Part shown: one piece after another, positions 1-13,706 of the stretch
How positions within the stretch are numbered: position 1 is the stretch's first letter
How the letters are laid out: each line of letters opens with the position of its first letter
Assembly (NCBI GenBank): GCA_964016885.1
Contig: OZ024742.1
Coordinates: 306,590,001-306,654,000, forward strand
DNA: 64,000 nt
Reading direction: 5' to 3'
From: Eledone cirrhosa
Lineage: Eukaryota
Notes under the pieces: generated by a model
The model's database searches: none
What the model was told of the DNA's origin: nothing
What the model saw: the letters and a program-made list of their open reading frames with translations, nothing else
Position numbers and translations under genes: made by a program

Positions 1-586
1 AATAGACCAGCAATCGTTTTGCGTAAATTAATCACATTAAATGCATAAATTCATGTGACATATCTGTAACAAATAATCACTTGGTTTACTTCTATATGTA
101 TATCCTGAATTTGAATCACATTTTTGTATCCTGAGAATATTTTCTCATGAGCATTAGATAATTGAAAACTTCAAATACTTTATTTTTGGTATGTTAGCAA
201 TTGCTTGTTTGGTAGAGTACTATAGAAAAAGAACATAAATCTAGCGCAGAAGACGGAAAATAAATGTAAATTATCCTACTAGATGAAAAGTAGTAAATAG
301 AATTGCATGACACATGATTGATAAAAAACTACTACTATATATTATATAAATGTGTGTGCATGTGTGATGAAAGAGAGACAGGGGGAGGAAAGAGAGGGAG
401 GGGTAGAGAGAGGGGAGAGAGAGAAATATAGTTTGTGTCACCTATGTTGTAAATCAACTTGACTTTTGTAGTGGGATGTATAAAAAAGAAATTTTCAAAA
501 TATCGCAATGCTAGCAACAAGCAACTGTCTGTGTATATGCGCGCGTGTGCGTATGGGTCTTTTGTGCATATATATATGATGTATAT

Positions 587-760
587 TATCGGTAGAGGGT
601 CGGACGTCATGCTTTGACGCATAGAGTTACGGCCCTTTCCATTCTGAGTTCAAATCCCGCCGGGGTCAACTTTGCCTTTCATCCTTACAGGGTCGATAAA
701 ATAAAGTACCAGTAATGTACTGGAGAATTGCTGGCCTTGTGCCAAAAGTAGAAATAATTA
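587..760 (+). mobile_element. tRNA-derived SINE (family S1), near full length
   Basis: B-box GAGTTCAAATCCC, conserved body GCCTTTCATCCTTAC(A/G)GGGTCGATAAAATAAAGTACCAG, ends in ATTA/(TA)n; at least 9 copies in the window. Confidence 0.85.
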
Positions 761-781
761 TATATATATATATATATATAA

Positions 782-920
782 AGAGTTACGGCCCCTTATG
801 GTCTGAGTTCAAATCCCGCCGAGGTTAACTTTGCCTTTCATCCTTACGGGGTCAATAAAATAAAGTACCAGTCATGCACTGGGATAATTGCTGGCCTTGT
901 GCCAAAAGTAGAAACAATTA
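782..920 (+). mobile_element. SINE S1, 5'-truncated
   Basis: Same body as 587-760. Confidence 0.85.
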
Positions 921-939
921 TATATATATATATGTTTTA

Positions 940-1623
940 ATGAAGTATTTCCGTACGAAAGGTAAAGGAAAAGAGAGTGCTCTATGTAGGCAACAGAGCT
1001 TTTTAGTTATGTAATAAACACCACAAGATAATTATTTCATTCCCAGTGGTTTCTTGAAGACAGGTATGTATATCTGTCGTCAGTCGTCAGAATGAATAAC
1101 ATAGAATGTTTATTAAATATGGATTTGAAAACAAAATTTAGGAAATATGAAAGTGAGGCTGAAATCAAATAACGGGCAAAAAATTGAAGGGGAAAAAATA
1201 TATAAATAAATATCCCGAACATAAACATACACACACTCAAACACACGCTTATACGTAATAGTACGTAAGCGTATACATTCTCACATAAGTGTATGTGCGT
1301 CTACATGGAAATACGAACACACACATATAAACGTGTGATCATTTGCTCACACATGCGCACACTCACACATGTACTCAAAAATAACGTTAGTATTGAGTAT
1401 TTCCATGTAGACGCACATACACTTATGTAAGCGTGTGTTTGAGTGTGTGTATGTTTATGTTCGGGATATTTATTTATATATTTTTGGCCCGTTATTTGAT
1501 TTCAGCCTCACTTTCATATTTCCTAAATTTTGTTTTCAAATCCATATTTAATAAACATTCTATGTTATTCATTCTGAAGACTGGTAAATTAAATAATTAT
1601 CTTATGTTGTTTATTACATAACT
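940..1623. mobile_element. Non-autonomous fold-back PLE fragment (family A, related to the 46-53 kb PLE 3' end) with decayed hammerheads
   Basis: ~1004-1252 is the inverted copy of ~1426-1623; tail 940-1003 resembles the reverse complement of 48950-49011; minus-strand CTGACGA...GAAACCACTGG at 1036-1096. Confidence 0.75.
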
Positions 1624-1646
1624 ATATATATATTTATATATATGTG

Positions 1647-1742
<96 letters not shown>

Positions 1743-1849
1743 TATGCATGCGTGTGCCTGTGTGAGTGTGTGTGTGTGAGTGAGTGTAGCTTCATCATAT
1801 GTTTGTATTAATGCATGAAACTATGTTCTTATGGTCAAGATTTCGATTC

Positions 1850-2008
1850 AAGTCACCTAATTGATGTATCCATCCCCACAAATGACAATATATCTACCAG
1901 GGAAATAGAGAAACTATCCAAATATAAAGATCTAGAGATAGAAATAAACCGAATGGGGATGATGAAGACAGAAACAATACCTATAATGAGAGGTGCTCTG
2001 CGAATAAT
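1850..2008 (+). pseudogene. Fragment of an R4/Dong-type non-LTR retrotransposon restriction-like endonuclease C-terminus
   Basis: Translation LIDVSIPTNDNISTREIEKLSKYKDLEIEINRM...IPIMRGAL matches the RLE pattern IDVxIP...EKxxKYxDLxxEI...IPxxxGAL; followed by (GCA)n/(GTA)n. Confidence 0.7.
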
Positions 2009-2043
<35 letters not shown>

Positions 2044-2086
2044 CAGTAGTAGTAGTAGTAGTAGCAGCAGCAGCAGCAGCAGCAAC

Positions 2087-2147
<61 letters not shown>

Positions 2148-2314
2148 ACAATAATATTTAAAATAACATATTTAGATATAGAAAGAAAAGATTGCAACGT
2201 TGGTTACTATAAATATTGCCATAACAAAGCAATATTCCCTAAACAAGTGGCAGGTGTATGTTGGAAGTAGAAATATTGAAACATGTCTACAAATAACTCT
2301 CCAGCATCATCCCA

Positions 2315-2615
2315 TGTACACATACACATATATACATACATATATATATACACCCCAGACAGAAACAGTCGCTCACACATACACACACACTCAAACAGAC
2401 ATACACACACACACACACACAAACACACATCCCAGAAGCACACACATACACATATATATACCCCCAGACAGAAACACTCGCTCACACATACACACACACT
2501 CAAACAGACATACACACACACACACACACAAACACACATCCCAGAAGCACACACATACACATATATACACCCCAGACAGAAACACTTGCTCACACATACA
2601 CACACACTCAAACAG

Positions 2616-2661
<46 letters not shown>

Positions 2662-2844
2662 ATCCCAGAAGCACACACATACACATATATATACCCCCAG
2701 ACAGAAACACTCGCTCACACATACACACACACTCAAACAGACATACACACACACACACACACAAACACGCATCCCAGAAGCACACACATACACATATATA
2801 CACCCCAGACAGAAACACTCGCTCACACATACACACACACTCAA

Positions 2845-2882
<38 letters not shown>

Positions 2883-2957
2883 CCCAGAATCACACACATA
2901 CACATATATACACCCCCAGACAGAAACACTCGCTCACACATACACACACTCAAACAG

Positions 2958-2999
<42 letters not shown>

Positions 3000-3427
3000 C
3001 CCAGAATCACACACATACACATATATACACCCCCAGACAGAAACACTCGCTCACACATACACACACACTCAAACAGACATACACACTCACACACACACAC
3101 ACAAACACACATCCCAGAAGCACACACATACACATACATACATCCCAGACACAAACATTCGTTCACACATACACACACTAAAACAGACACACACACACAC
3201 ACAAACATTCGTTCACACATACACACACACTCAAGCAGGCACACACACACACATACACACATCCCAGACACAAACATTCGTTCACACATACACACACACA
3301 AACAGACACACACACACACACACACAAACATTCGTTCACACATACACACACACTCAAACAGGCACACACACACACATACACACATCCCAGATACAAACAT
3401 TCGTTCACACATACACACACACAAACA

Positions 3428-3469
<42 letters not shown>

Positions 3470-5565
3470 TTCGTTCACACATACACACACACTCAAACAG
3501 GCACACACACACACATACACACATCCCTGACACAAACATTCGTTCACACATACACACACACTCAAACAGACACACACACACACACACACAAACATTCGTT
3601 CACACATACACACACACTCAAACAGGCACACACACACACATACACACATCCCAGACACAAACATTCGTTCACACATACACACACACTCAAACGGACACAC
3701 ACACACACACACACAAACACAAACACACACACCCACCCACACATAAACACACACACAAAAAAATACACACACAAACACACACACCCACCCACACATACAC
3801 ACACATACACACACACACACATACACACACACACATACACATACACACACATACATCCCAGACCCAAACACTCGCTCACACATACACATATATACATCCT
3901 AGGCACATACACAAAAATACACACGCACACATACACACACACCCACACATACACACACACACAAACACACACGCACACACACACACACATACATATAAAC
4001 ATACATACATCCCAGACACAAACACACACACACATACATCCCAGACCCAAACACTCGCTCACACATACACATATATACATCCTAGACACATACACAAAGA
4101 CACACACACACACATACACAAACACACACACAGCCACACACACAACCACACAAACACACACACACACACACAAACACACACAGACAAAAAAAACACACAC
4201 ATACATCCACACCCACCCACACACACACACACACTCACAAACACACACAAACACACACACACACACAAACACAAACACACACACCCACCCACACATACAC
4301 ACACACACACACACAAAAATACACACACAAACACACCCACCCACCCACACATACACACACACACACACACCACACACACACATACACATACACACACATA
4401 CATCCCAGACCCAAACACTCGCTCACACATACACATATATATACATCCTAGGCACATACACAAAAATACACACGCACACATACACACACACCCACACATA
4501 CACACACACAAACACACACGCACACACACACACACACACACATATAAACATACATACATCCCAGACACAAACACACACACACATACATCCCAGACCCAAA
4601 CACTCGCTCACACATACACATATATACATCCTAGACACATACACAAAGACACACACACACATATACACACACATACACAAACACACACACAACCACACAC
4701 ACAACCACACATACACACACACACACACACAAACACACACAGACAAAAAAAACACACACATACATCCACACCCACCCACACACACACACACACACTCACA
4801 AACACACACAAACACACACACACACACAAACACAAACACACACACCCACCCACATATACACACACACACACACACAAAAATACACACACAAACACACACA
4901 CCCACCCACACATACACACACACACACACACCACACACACACATACACATACACACACATACATCCCAGACCCAAACACTCGCTCACACATACACATATA
5001 TACATCCTAGGCACATACACAAAAACACACACGCACACATACACCCACACCCACACATACACACACACACAAACACACACGCATACACACACACAAACAC
5101 ACATATAAAAATACATACATCCCAGACACAAACACACACACACATACATCCCAGACCCAAACACTCGCTCACACATACACATATATACATCCTAGACACA
5201 TACACAAAGACACACACACACACATACACAAACACACACACAACCACACACACAACCACACATACACACACACACACACATCCCAGATACACACACTCAC
5301 ACACATAAAGATACATACATCCCAGACACAAACATTCACACAAACATTCGCATACACAAACACACACACGTACACATATGTAAATCCTAGGCACATACAA
5401 AAAGAAATACACACACACACACAAACACACACAGACAAAAAAAAACATACACCTACACCCACCTACACACACTCACAAACACACACACACACCCACACAT
5501 ACACACACACACAAAAATACACACATAAACACCACCACCCCCCACCCACCCCACACACACATACA
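2315..5565. repeat. CA-rich compound minisatellite with higher-order structure
   Basis: ~110-bp units (CCCCAGACAGAAACACTCGCTCAC) 2330-3140, shorter units to ~3700, then ~550-bp periods (anchors near 3856, 4403, 4965). Confidence 0.9.
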
Positions 5566-5853
5566 TTCAAACGTACAGATGAACACTTCCGATCACAATG
5601 CAAAATGCTGAATAAGCTTCAAAGAATTCAACCATATCTCCTGAAAGAAATGCCAACAGTTGTAACGTTACTTGAAAATGAGAAAAATAAACATGTACAT
5701 TCGTGATAGCAATCATTAATTAAGAATTCTTAGTGTTCTAAAATTAATTAGAATGATTGTGTGATGTCAATGAAAAAGCGGTTTTTTTTTTGTGTTTTTT
5801 TTTCATATGATACAATCGACAATATGATATACATTTGTGTTGGTGAACATGTT

Positions 5854-5907
<54 letters not shown>

Positions 5908-5908
5908 C

Positions 5909-5963
<55 letters not shown>

Positions 5964-6041
5964 AAAATAATTTCTACTCAGATTTTAGACAACATTCATA
6001 GAATATTGGATACCCTGTCAAAACTATTTATATATACATAT

Positions 6042-6400
<359 letters not shown>

Positions 6401-7119
6401 GTGGAAGGTGCGTTCTTCTCATTGGAAGTCCTACATGAATTTATAGTGTGGAAATAGAATTTGTTACAACAAATATTCTATTGCAACCTGGATTAATATA
6501 TTGTTTAAAAAAATTACCGAAGATTGTTAAAATTGTTATTCACAATATGTAGTAAAAGCATATTCACAATATGTAGTAAAAGCACAGATGTTTCATCTGC
6601 TAATTTCTATGTATATAATACAGTACACACGTATGTATAAGGTATGTACTTATAATATGTACATACCTTATACATACGTGTGTACTGTATTATATACATA
6701 GAAATTAGCAGATGAAACATCGCAGATGTGTGTTTGTGTATCTGTGTGTGAGCGTGTGCGACTGTACGTGCGTGAGTATGTGTATATGTATGTGCGTATC
6801 TGTGCAATTAGTTCAGTAGTCCTCATGGTTTTCGTGGGAAGGGTTAAAGATTTTGTTGCCATTTAGAGAAGATAAATAAGAATAGTGTGGTGGGTTTTTA
6901 AAACAGGGTAGTTGATTGGGTGAAAAAATAAAGGTCAAACAGAGAAAAATGATCGGGGATTTGGCGAAATTCCGCCCGAAATCCTTTTTGAAAGTGAAAT
7001 GTTTGCATGTGTGTCTTATGTTGGTATAATATAACGTTGTAACATTTCTGAAGATTTTATAACAATTATAACGCCGTTTAATACTAGTAAGAAGCATTAA
7101 ATTAATTCAGCGGAGTCAT

Positions 7120-7149
<30 letters not shown>

Positions 7150-7152
<3 letters not shown>

Positions 7153-7697
7153 TGTTATACTTGGGGAGGGTCATATTAGTGTAATATTGCCAGAATTAAT
7201 AACAGAACACACTCACTGCTTGGTTGGTTTTCGCTTTTCGCTTCTGTCTTTTATATCGGTTAATTTAATTGAATGTATTCGGTCGTCAGTGTTGCCATTG
7301 ACTGACCAACGGTCAAAAATACAGATACAATACAGATACACAAACAAGATACACAAACAGATACACAAACAGATACAATACAGATACACAAAAATACAGA
7401 TACACAAACACATATATATAGTCTATCAAAGTTCTTTCGTTGCACAACTGCAACATCGTCAGTGGTGCTATTGTTTCTTCCCGTTGCATTGTATTTTTTA
7501 CGACATCTATATTTGGTCTGTTTATATATTTAATTAAATTAAATTAACCGATATAAAAGACACAGAAGCGAAAAGCAAAAAGCAACCAAACAGTGAGTGT
7601 GTTCTGTTATTAATTCTGGCAATATTACACAAATATGACCTCCCCAAGTATAACAATATTTGTTTCGACACACGATTTGATATAAAAAATCCCGCAA

Positions 7698-7700
<3 letters not shown>
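7150..7700. mobile_element. Fold-back PLE derivative (family C variant) with internal hammerhead
   Basis: Arms 7150-7270 / 7537-7658 ending at GTATAACAATA, tail 7659-7700; minus-strand CTGACGA-TGTTGCA..TGCAAC-GAAA at ~7427-7466. Confidence 0.75.
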
Positions 7701-7757
<57 letters not shown>

Positions 7758-7902
7758 ATACTTTGGGAGGGTCATGTTGCCAATAAGAAACACACGCACC
7801 AGTTGCTTTCACTTCAATTTATTATAATAAATTTATAAATTTAGGAATTTATCAATTTCCGGTTGGTTGGTTGGTTCCACAACCAGATGGTTGTTTATAT
7901 AT

Positions 7903-7947
7903 TGTCAAAGTTCTTTCGTCACACATTCTGTGACCTCTTCAGTGACA
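7903..7947 (-). ncRNA. Minimal type I hammerhead ribozyme
   Basis: TGTCA CTGAAGA g GTCACA gaatg TGTGAC GAAA gaac TT TGACA: stems I and II perfect, stem III vestigial. Confidence 0.75.
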
Positions 7948-8441
7948 GGGGATTCTTTTCTTTATTTTTTGTGCCTCTCCTTTGTTATGTCCTACGCCAT
8001 CTTGTTTTTGTGTGTGTGTTGTGTGCTTAGTTTGCGCATGTGTTACATCCGGGTGTTTGTGTGTGTTTATATTCGTTTATTTATTTGTTTATTTACATGT
8101 TACTGGTTGGTTGTTTGTTCTATGTGCGCATGTGTTTTCATTTTGTCCTTAATTGTAAGTTGTGATGTGGCTATTCCATTCTTGTTTTCTATTTAATTTT
8201 GGTTGTAATTCATTTATGTTTATTGCCTCTGTGATTTGTCTAAACATTGCATCTTTTTTGTGTGTAGATTCTATTTTTATTTATATGTTCTCTAATTTAC
8301 CCTTATGTTCTATTTTAGCATGTTGGTAGAGTACAGATGATTCTTTACTATCTTGAAGATCTTGCCAGTGTTCATTTATCCGTTCCCCTATACTACGAGC
8401 TGTCTCACCTATGTACACTATATTTCTATCTCTACATTGTC

Positions 8442-10559
8442 AAATGGCTTGCTTAGCTCATGCAGCGCTCGCGTAATGGAGAGATAGCATGCTTTCCAAC
8501 AGACAAGTCTGGCAGAATGTCGGTTGACTGTCTGCCAAACTACATCCAGGCAATGCAACCCCACATCACTAACACAAGAGAAGTAACACCACAAGAGCAT
8601 GAGGATAGAGAAAAAGCCCTCAATGCCCATATGATGATGTGGACAAATATAATGCAGCCCAACAAAAGGACTGCCAACAACTTCCAGGCCTGGAACAATG
8701 ACGTGCCAGCGTTGTATGTGCTTCGGAAAGACCATAAAACGAGCAGTGACCAACACGGCCAGTCTGTGGAGCTAACATTGCTAGTAACTACAGACTGTCC
8801 TACTTCCTCTCCCTGATCATACGCCCCATCATTGAAATGTCCTCAGATGTATGTGACAGCACGGAGGACCTCCTCAGCGGAATCGGCGAGAGTAACCGAT
8901 CTAGGGACCTAACAAACTGCATAATAGGCAGTATGGATGTTGTGTCCCTGTATCCATCTATTGACGTGGATTTTGCTGTGGAGAAATGCGTAGAAATGAT
9001 CAGTGAGAGCAATGTTGAATTCCGTGGGATTGATACCAGTGAGCTGGGACTCCTACTTAAACTTACCTATAGTAATAATTATCTAGACACATATGACCTT
9101 AGCAACCTGTGCCCTACAAAACCAGCAAGAGGCAGACCACCTACCATTACCTCAATGGCCAAGAAAATCCACACAGATAGATGGAACGGGTGGACCAGAG
9201 CCATACGAACCCCCGAAAACCACGATGAACTAAAGAAAATGATTGCACATGCGGTGGGGGCCAGCATAAAATTAACCCTTAAGGAACATATGTTCAAATT
9301 TAATGGAAAAACATATGCCCAAGAGGAGGGAGCAGCCATTGGTGTTAGCATTGCAGGCGACATAGCTAACCTATCCATGGTATGGTGGGACAGTAGACTT
9401 AAACTTAAACTTAAAGAACAATTAGAAGACCCCTTAACCCTGATAATGTAGTCCCGCTACATTGATGATATAAACATCGTAGTTAAAACAGCCCCATTAG
9501 AGAACAGTCAGGAATTAGAGAAAAACACAATGGAAAGCATGCAGCAAATAGCTAACTCCATCCACCAGAGTATTAGAGTTACTATATACTACCCAAGCAA
9601 ACACCCCAACAATCGATTACCTGTACTAGACACAGAGCTCTGGTTAGATACCATTAATAACAAAAAACAAATCCTCCATTCCCATTATGCCAAACCCATG
9701 ACTTCCAAATATCTGATCCACCGAAACTCAGCTGTTTCGGACCATACCAAAATCAACATACTGATTGCGGATTTGGTACGGGTGATGAGAAACGTGTCTC
9801 GCATGTGCAACCCCGAAGAACTAGAGAGACACATACAACACTTCATCCACCGTATGCAGTTCTCTGGTTACAATAAGAGAGATAAAATCAGAGTGTATAG
9901 AGGAGCCAGAACGAAATGGGAAAAAATCGTAAATAATGACACAAATGGGACCTGCCCCTTGTATAGGAGCACATTTTGGAATAGAATAGAAAGAACTAGG
10001 AATAAGGCTAATAGAATAAACTCATGGTATGATAACAATAAATACCAGAGGTGAATTAGCTTACAAATTTAGAAGGGCCCTAGATAAACATAAACTCAAT
10101 ATTAAGATAGTAGAAAGACCAGGTACCTCCATAAAAACACTTATTAGCAAGACATACCCTTTTCAAAGACCTCCCTGTATAGATAAGAAATGTATAATCT
10201 GTAAATTAAGCCCCCATATTAACTGTAAAACTAGAAATGTAGTATATAGCATAGGATGTACTGAAGGACAATGTAGAGATAAAAATATAGTGTACATAGG
10301 TGAGACAGCTCGTAGTATAGGGGAACGGATAAATGAACACTGGCGAGACCTTCAAGATAGTAAAGAATCATCTGTACTCTACCAACATGCTAAAATAGAA
10401 AATAAGGGTAAATTAGAGAACATAGAAATAAAAATAGAATCTACACACAGAAAAGACGCAATGTTTAGACAAATCACAGAGGCAATAAACATAAATGAAT
10501 TACAACCAAAATTAAATAGAAAACATGAGTGGAACAGCAACATCACAACTTACAATTAA
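8442..10559 (+). pseudogene. Disrupted PLE reverse transcriptase + GIY-YIG endonuclease (possibly Neptune-like)
   Basis: Motifs RKDHK, GSMDVVSLYPSI, GAAIG, RYIDD (after a stop at 9449-9451), LPVLD, Cys-rich linker CIDKKCIIC, NVVYSIGC...YIGETARSIGERINEH, EAINI...PKLNRKHE; broken by frameshifts and stops. Confidence 0.9.
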
Positions 10560-10758
10560 GGACAAAATGAAAACACACACGCACATAGAACAAACAACCA
10601 ACCAGTAACATGTAAATAAACAAATAATTAAACAAATATAAACACACACAGACACCCGGATGTAACACATGCGCAAACTAAGCACACAACACACACAAAA
10701 ACAAGATGGCGTAGGATAGAACAAAGGAGAGGCACAAAAAACAAAGAAAAGAATCCCC

Positions 10759-10803
10759 AGTCACTGAAGATGTTACAGAATGTGTGACGAAAGAACTTTG
10801 ACA
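10759..10803 (+). ncRNA. Minimal type I hammerhead ribozyme
   Basis: GTCA CTGAAGA tGTTACAgaatgTGTGAC GAAA gaac TT TGAC. Confidence 0.75.
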
Positions 10804-11009
10804 ATATATAAACAACCATCTGGTTGTGGAACCAACCAACCAACCGTAAATTGATAAATTCCTAAATTTATAAATTTATTATAATAAATTGAAGTGAAAC
10901 AACTGGTGCGTGTGTTTCTTATTGGCAACATGACCCTCCCAAAGTATAACAATATCGGTTTCAACACACGTTTTCAGATAAAGAATCTTGCTAAACAAAT
11001 TCAGAAACG

Positions 11010-11073
<64 letters not shown>

Positions 11074-11621
11074 GTTATTCCGCATATATATACCTAATTT
11101 TCAAATTCGCTAGCCGTTTGTAAACAGACCCTGCTTTGTGCCTCACTATTTATATACACATATAAACCTGCTATGGATATATAGGTTCTAATTCAAATGA
11201 GGTATATATACGGAGATGGCATTGGCGGACGAAATGAGAACAGGAAAGGAATCGAGCATAAAAGCAGGATCCTATAAATTTAAATTTCTTTAAACATACA
11301 TACGACTGATACAACATATCTTATTTTGTCTACATTTGCAGCATAATTACATATTAGTATACTATTTATGGATGTTAAGTCATTCCTAATTGCAACAAAG
11401 TCTATCTGTGTGTATGAGAGAGAGAAACACTGTGACAGACAGAGATAGAATCGATCCCGGTACTGACTTCGTAATTTTTTAATTTTTACTCAGGGAGCGC
11501 AAACGCCCAGAAAAAGTACCGGAAAACCTTCTATCCGATATATTAAGGATTCTGCTAATTCGCCGCATATAATATGTATATAACTGATATATAGTTTTAG
11601 AATTGAAACGTCGGGTTAATA

Positions 11622-11809
11622 ATTGTTTCTACTTTTGGCACAAGGCCAACAATTACCCAGTGCATTACTGGTACTTTATTTTATCGACCACGTAAGGATG
11701 AAAGGAAAAGTTTACCTCCGGGGGATTTGTACTCAGTCCGGAAAGGGACGTAACTATGCTGCAAAGCATTGCGTCTGACCCTCTACCGATACTGCCAATC
11801 CACCGCCCT
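11622..11809 (-). mobile_element. SINE S1, full length, with 14-bp target-site duplication
   Basis: TSD ACGTCGGGTTAATA at 11608-11621 and 11810-11823; A-box-like TGGCAGTATCGG. Confidence 0.9.
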
Positions 11810-12709
11810 ACGTCGGGTTAATATTGCTTCTAAAATTAGTTCACTAGTTTATAGGTTTTGAGTCCCGCTAGATGTACTATATTCTGATGAAATTATATCT
11901 TTAGCAATGACGTCCTTTCGGCATTGGAATATCGTTCTAGAAAAAGCATATCGTACTATATAATTAGGGATATTTATTGAATTTATATTATAAATGATAT
12001 TTCTTAAGACAGTGTGCATGATAAATTATTACGAAGAATATAGTTTTTTAATCTTTTATTTCAAGATTTCTCCTCTACAAACAACTATACGAATAGCTCA
12101 CCATATTTATATAACAATTATACAAGCATATACATAAATATTTAGATGTGCTTCTAGACCTCATAACAAAAGAGGGAAGGAAGAACTGTTGTAGTTGTCT
12201 GCTGACTTACATAGAGTAAGGATTTGAATAAAAGTTATGTATGTGTTTCCTTATTCGTATTTTTCGGCTTTTAAACCCCGCCTATATTTAATCATCCAAA
12301 ATGCTCTTAAGCATTTTTATATATTTCAAATATATTTTATTAGGTCTTCATGCTTAGTTTGGAACAGTAGCGTCGGAAATGCATGTTTGTGGAAACATTT
12401 TGAAGCCTTCATAACTTTAACTCCATCTTCAGAAACAAAATGGTCATAAGTATGATGAATTGGTCGGGTAGGATCATGGGAGGGGTAAAAATCAGGGACA
12501 CCCGATTAAAGAATTCTCAGCTGTTTAAATATGCCAATTATAATTGATTTCATGTATGTTTAAAAACATTCATTCATACATGGCTTTAGGAACGTTCCAA
12601 ACACAGCATAAACAACTAATAAGAAAATATGAAAATTCCTTAATAAACATTATCAGATTGGGGCACAGTCATACATATACACATAAGCGCACACAAACAC
12701 ACACACAGA

Positions 12710-12872
<163 letters not shown>

Positions 12873-12898
12873 ATGTATATATATATATAATCATACAT

Positions 12899-12933
<35 letters not shown>

Positions 12934-12998
12934 TATATACATATACATATATATATATATAAATGTACATACATATATACATACATATACAGATATAC

Positions 12999-13038
<40 letters not shown>

Positions 13039-13215
13039 TAGGTAATTCCGAACGAAAAGCAAAGGGAAAAGAGTGCTCTATGTATAGAACAGAGCTATTT
13101 AATTAGAAAGTGAACAACACAGAATATAACCGATCCAGACGTATATTATTGTCTTGGATCCAGAAACCTTTGGTAATGGAGTAGTTACATTCTGTGTTGT
13201 TCACTTTCTAATTAA

Positions 13216-13219
<4 letters not shown>
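13039..13219. mobile_element. Micro fold-back PLE derivative (family A-like tail)
   Basis: Tail containing GAGTGCTCTATGTATAGAACAGAGC; arms TATTTAATTAGAAAGTGAACAACACAGAAT / ATTCTGTGTTGTTCACTTTCTAATTAAATA; hammerhead 3' half GAAACCTTTGGTA in the spacer. Confidence 0.7.
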
Positions 13220-13256
<37 letters not shown>

Positions 13257-13636
13257 CGTGTACCTATTCATATACATATGTACCTATACATATATAAATA
13301 GAAAAATACATACCTGTAAAATACATATATATATATGTGTGTGTTTACAAATTCATAAAATAACGTTAAATCTCCTTTATATTTGCAGATGTATGTGCGA
13401 CAAGTTCCCTTGAAAGATGAATAAAATGTCGTGTGTATTTGTGTATTTATGTTTGTACCTATATATATATGCACTGTAGTAGCTAATTATACAAAAACAC
13501 GCGCATAAATATAAATATGTTTATTATATATATATATATATATATATACATATATATGTAGAGAGAGAGAGAGAGATATGCGTGTGTGTGTGTATAGAGA
13601 TGGATATATATATATACATATATACATATATTTATA

Positions 13637-13706
<70 letters not shown>

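Larger units (their letters stand above)
7751..11012 (+). mobile_element. Penelope-like retroelement (family C), 5'-truncated, with inverted copy of its 3' end
   Basis: 7751-8441 is the reverse complement of ~10268-10954; RT+GIY-YIG coding remnant; tail 10955-11012; (TA)n on both sides. Confidence 0.92.

Noticed and set aside
2200-5010. 936-aa His/Thr-rich ORF and overlapping Cys/Val ORFs
   Set aside because: Produced by a CA-rich satellite that lacks stop codons in several frames; no domain signal
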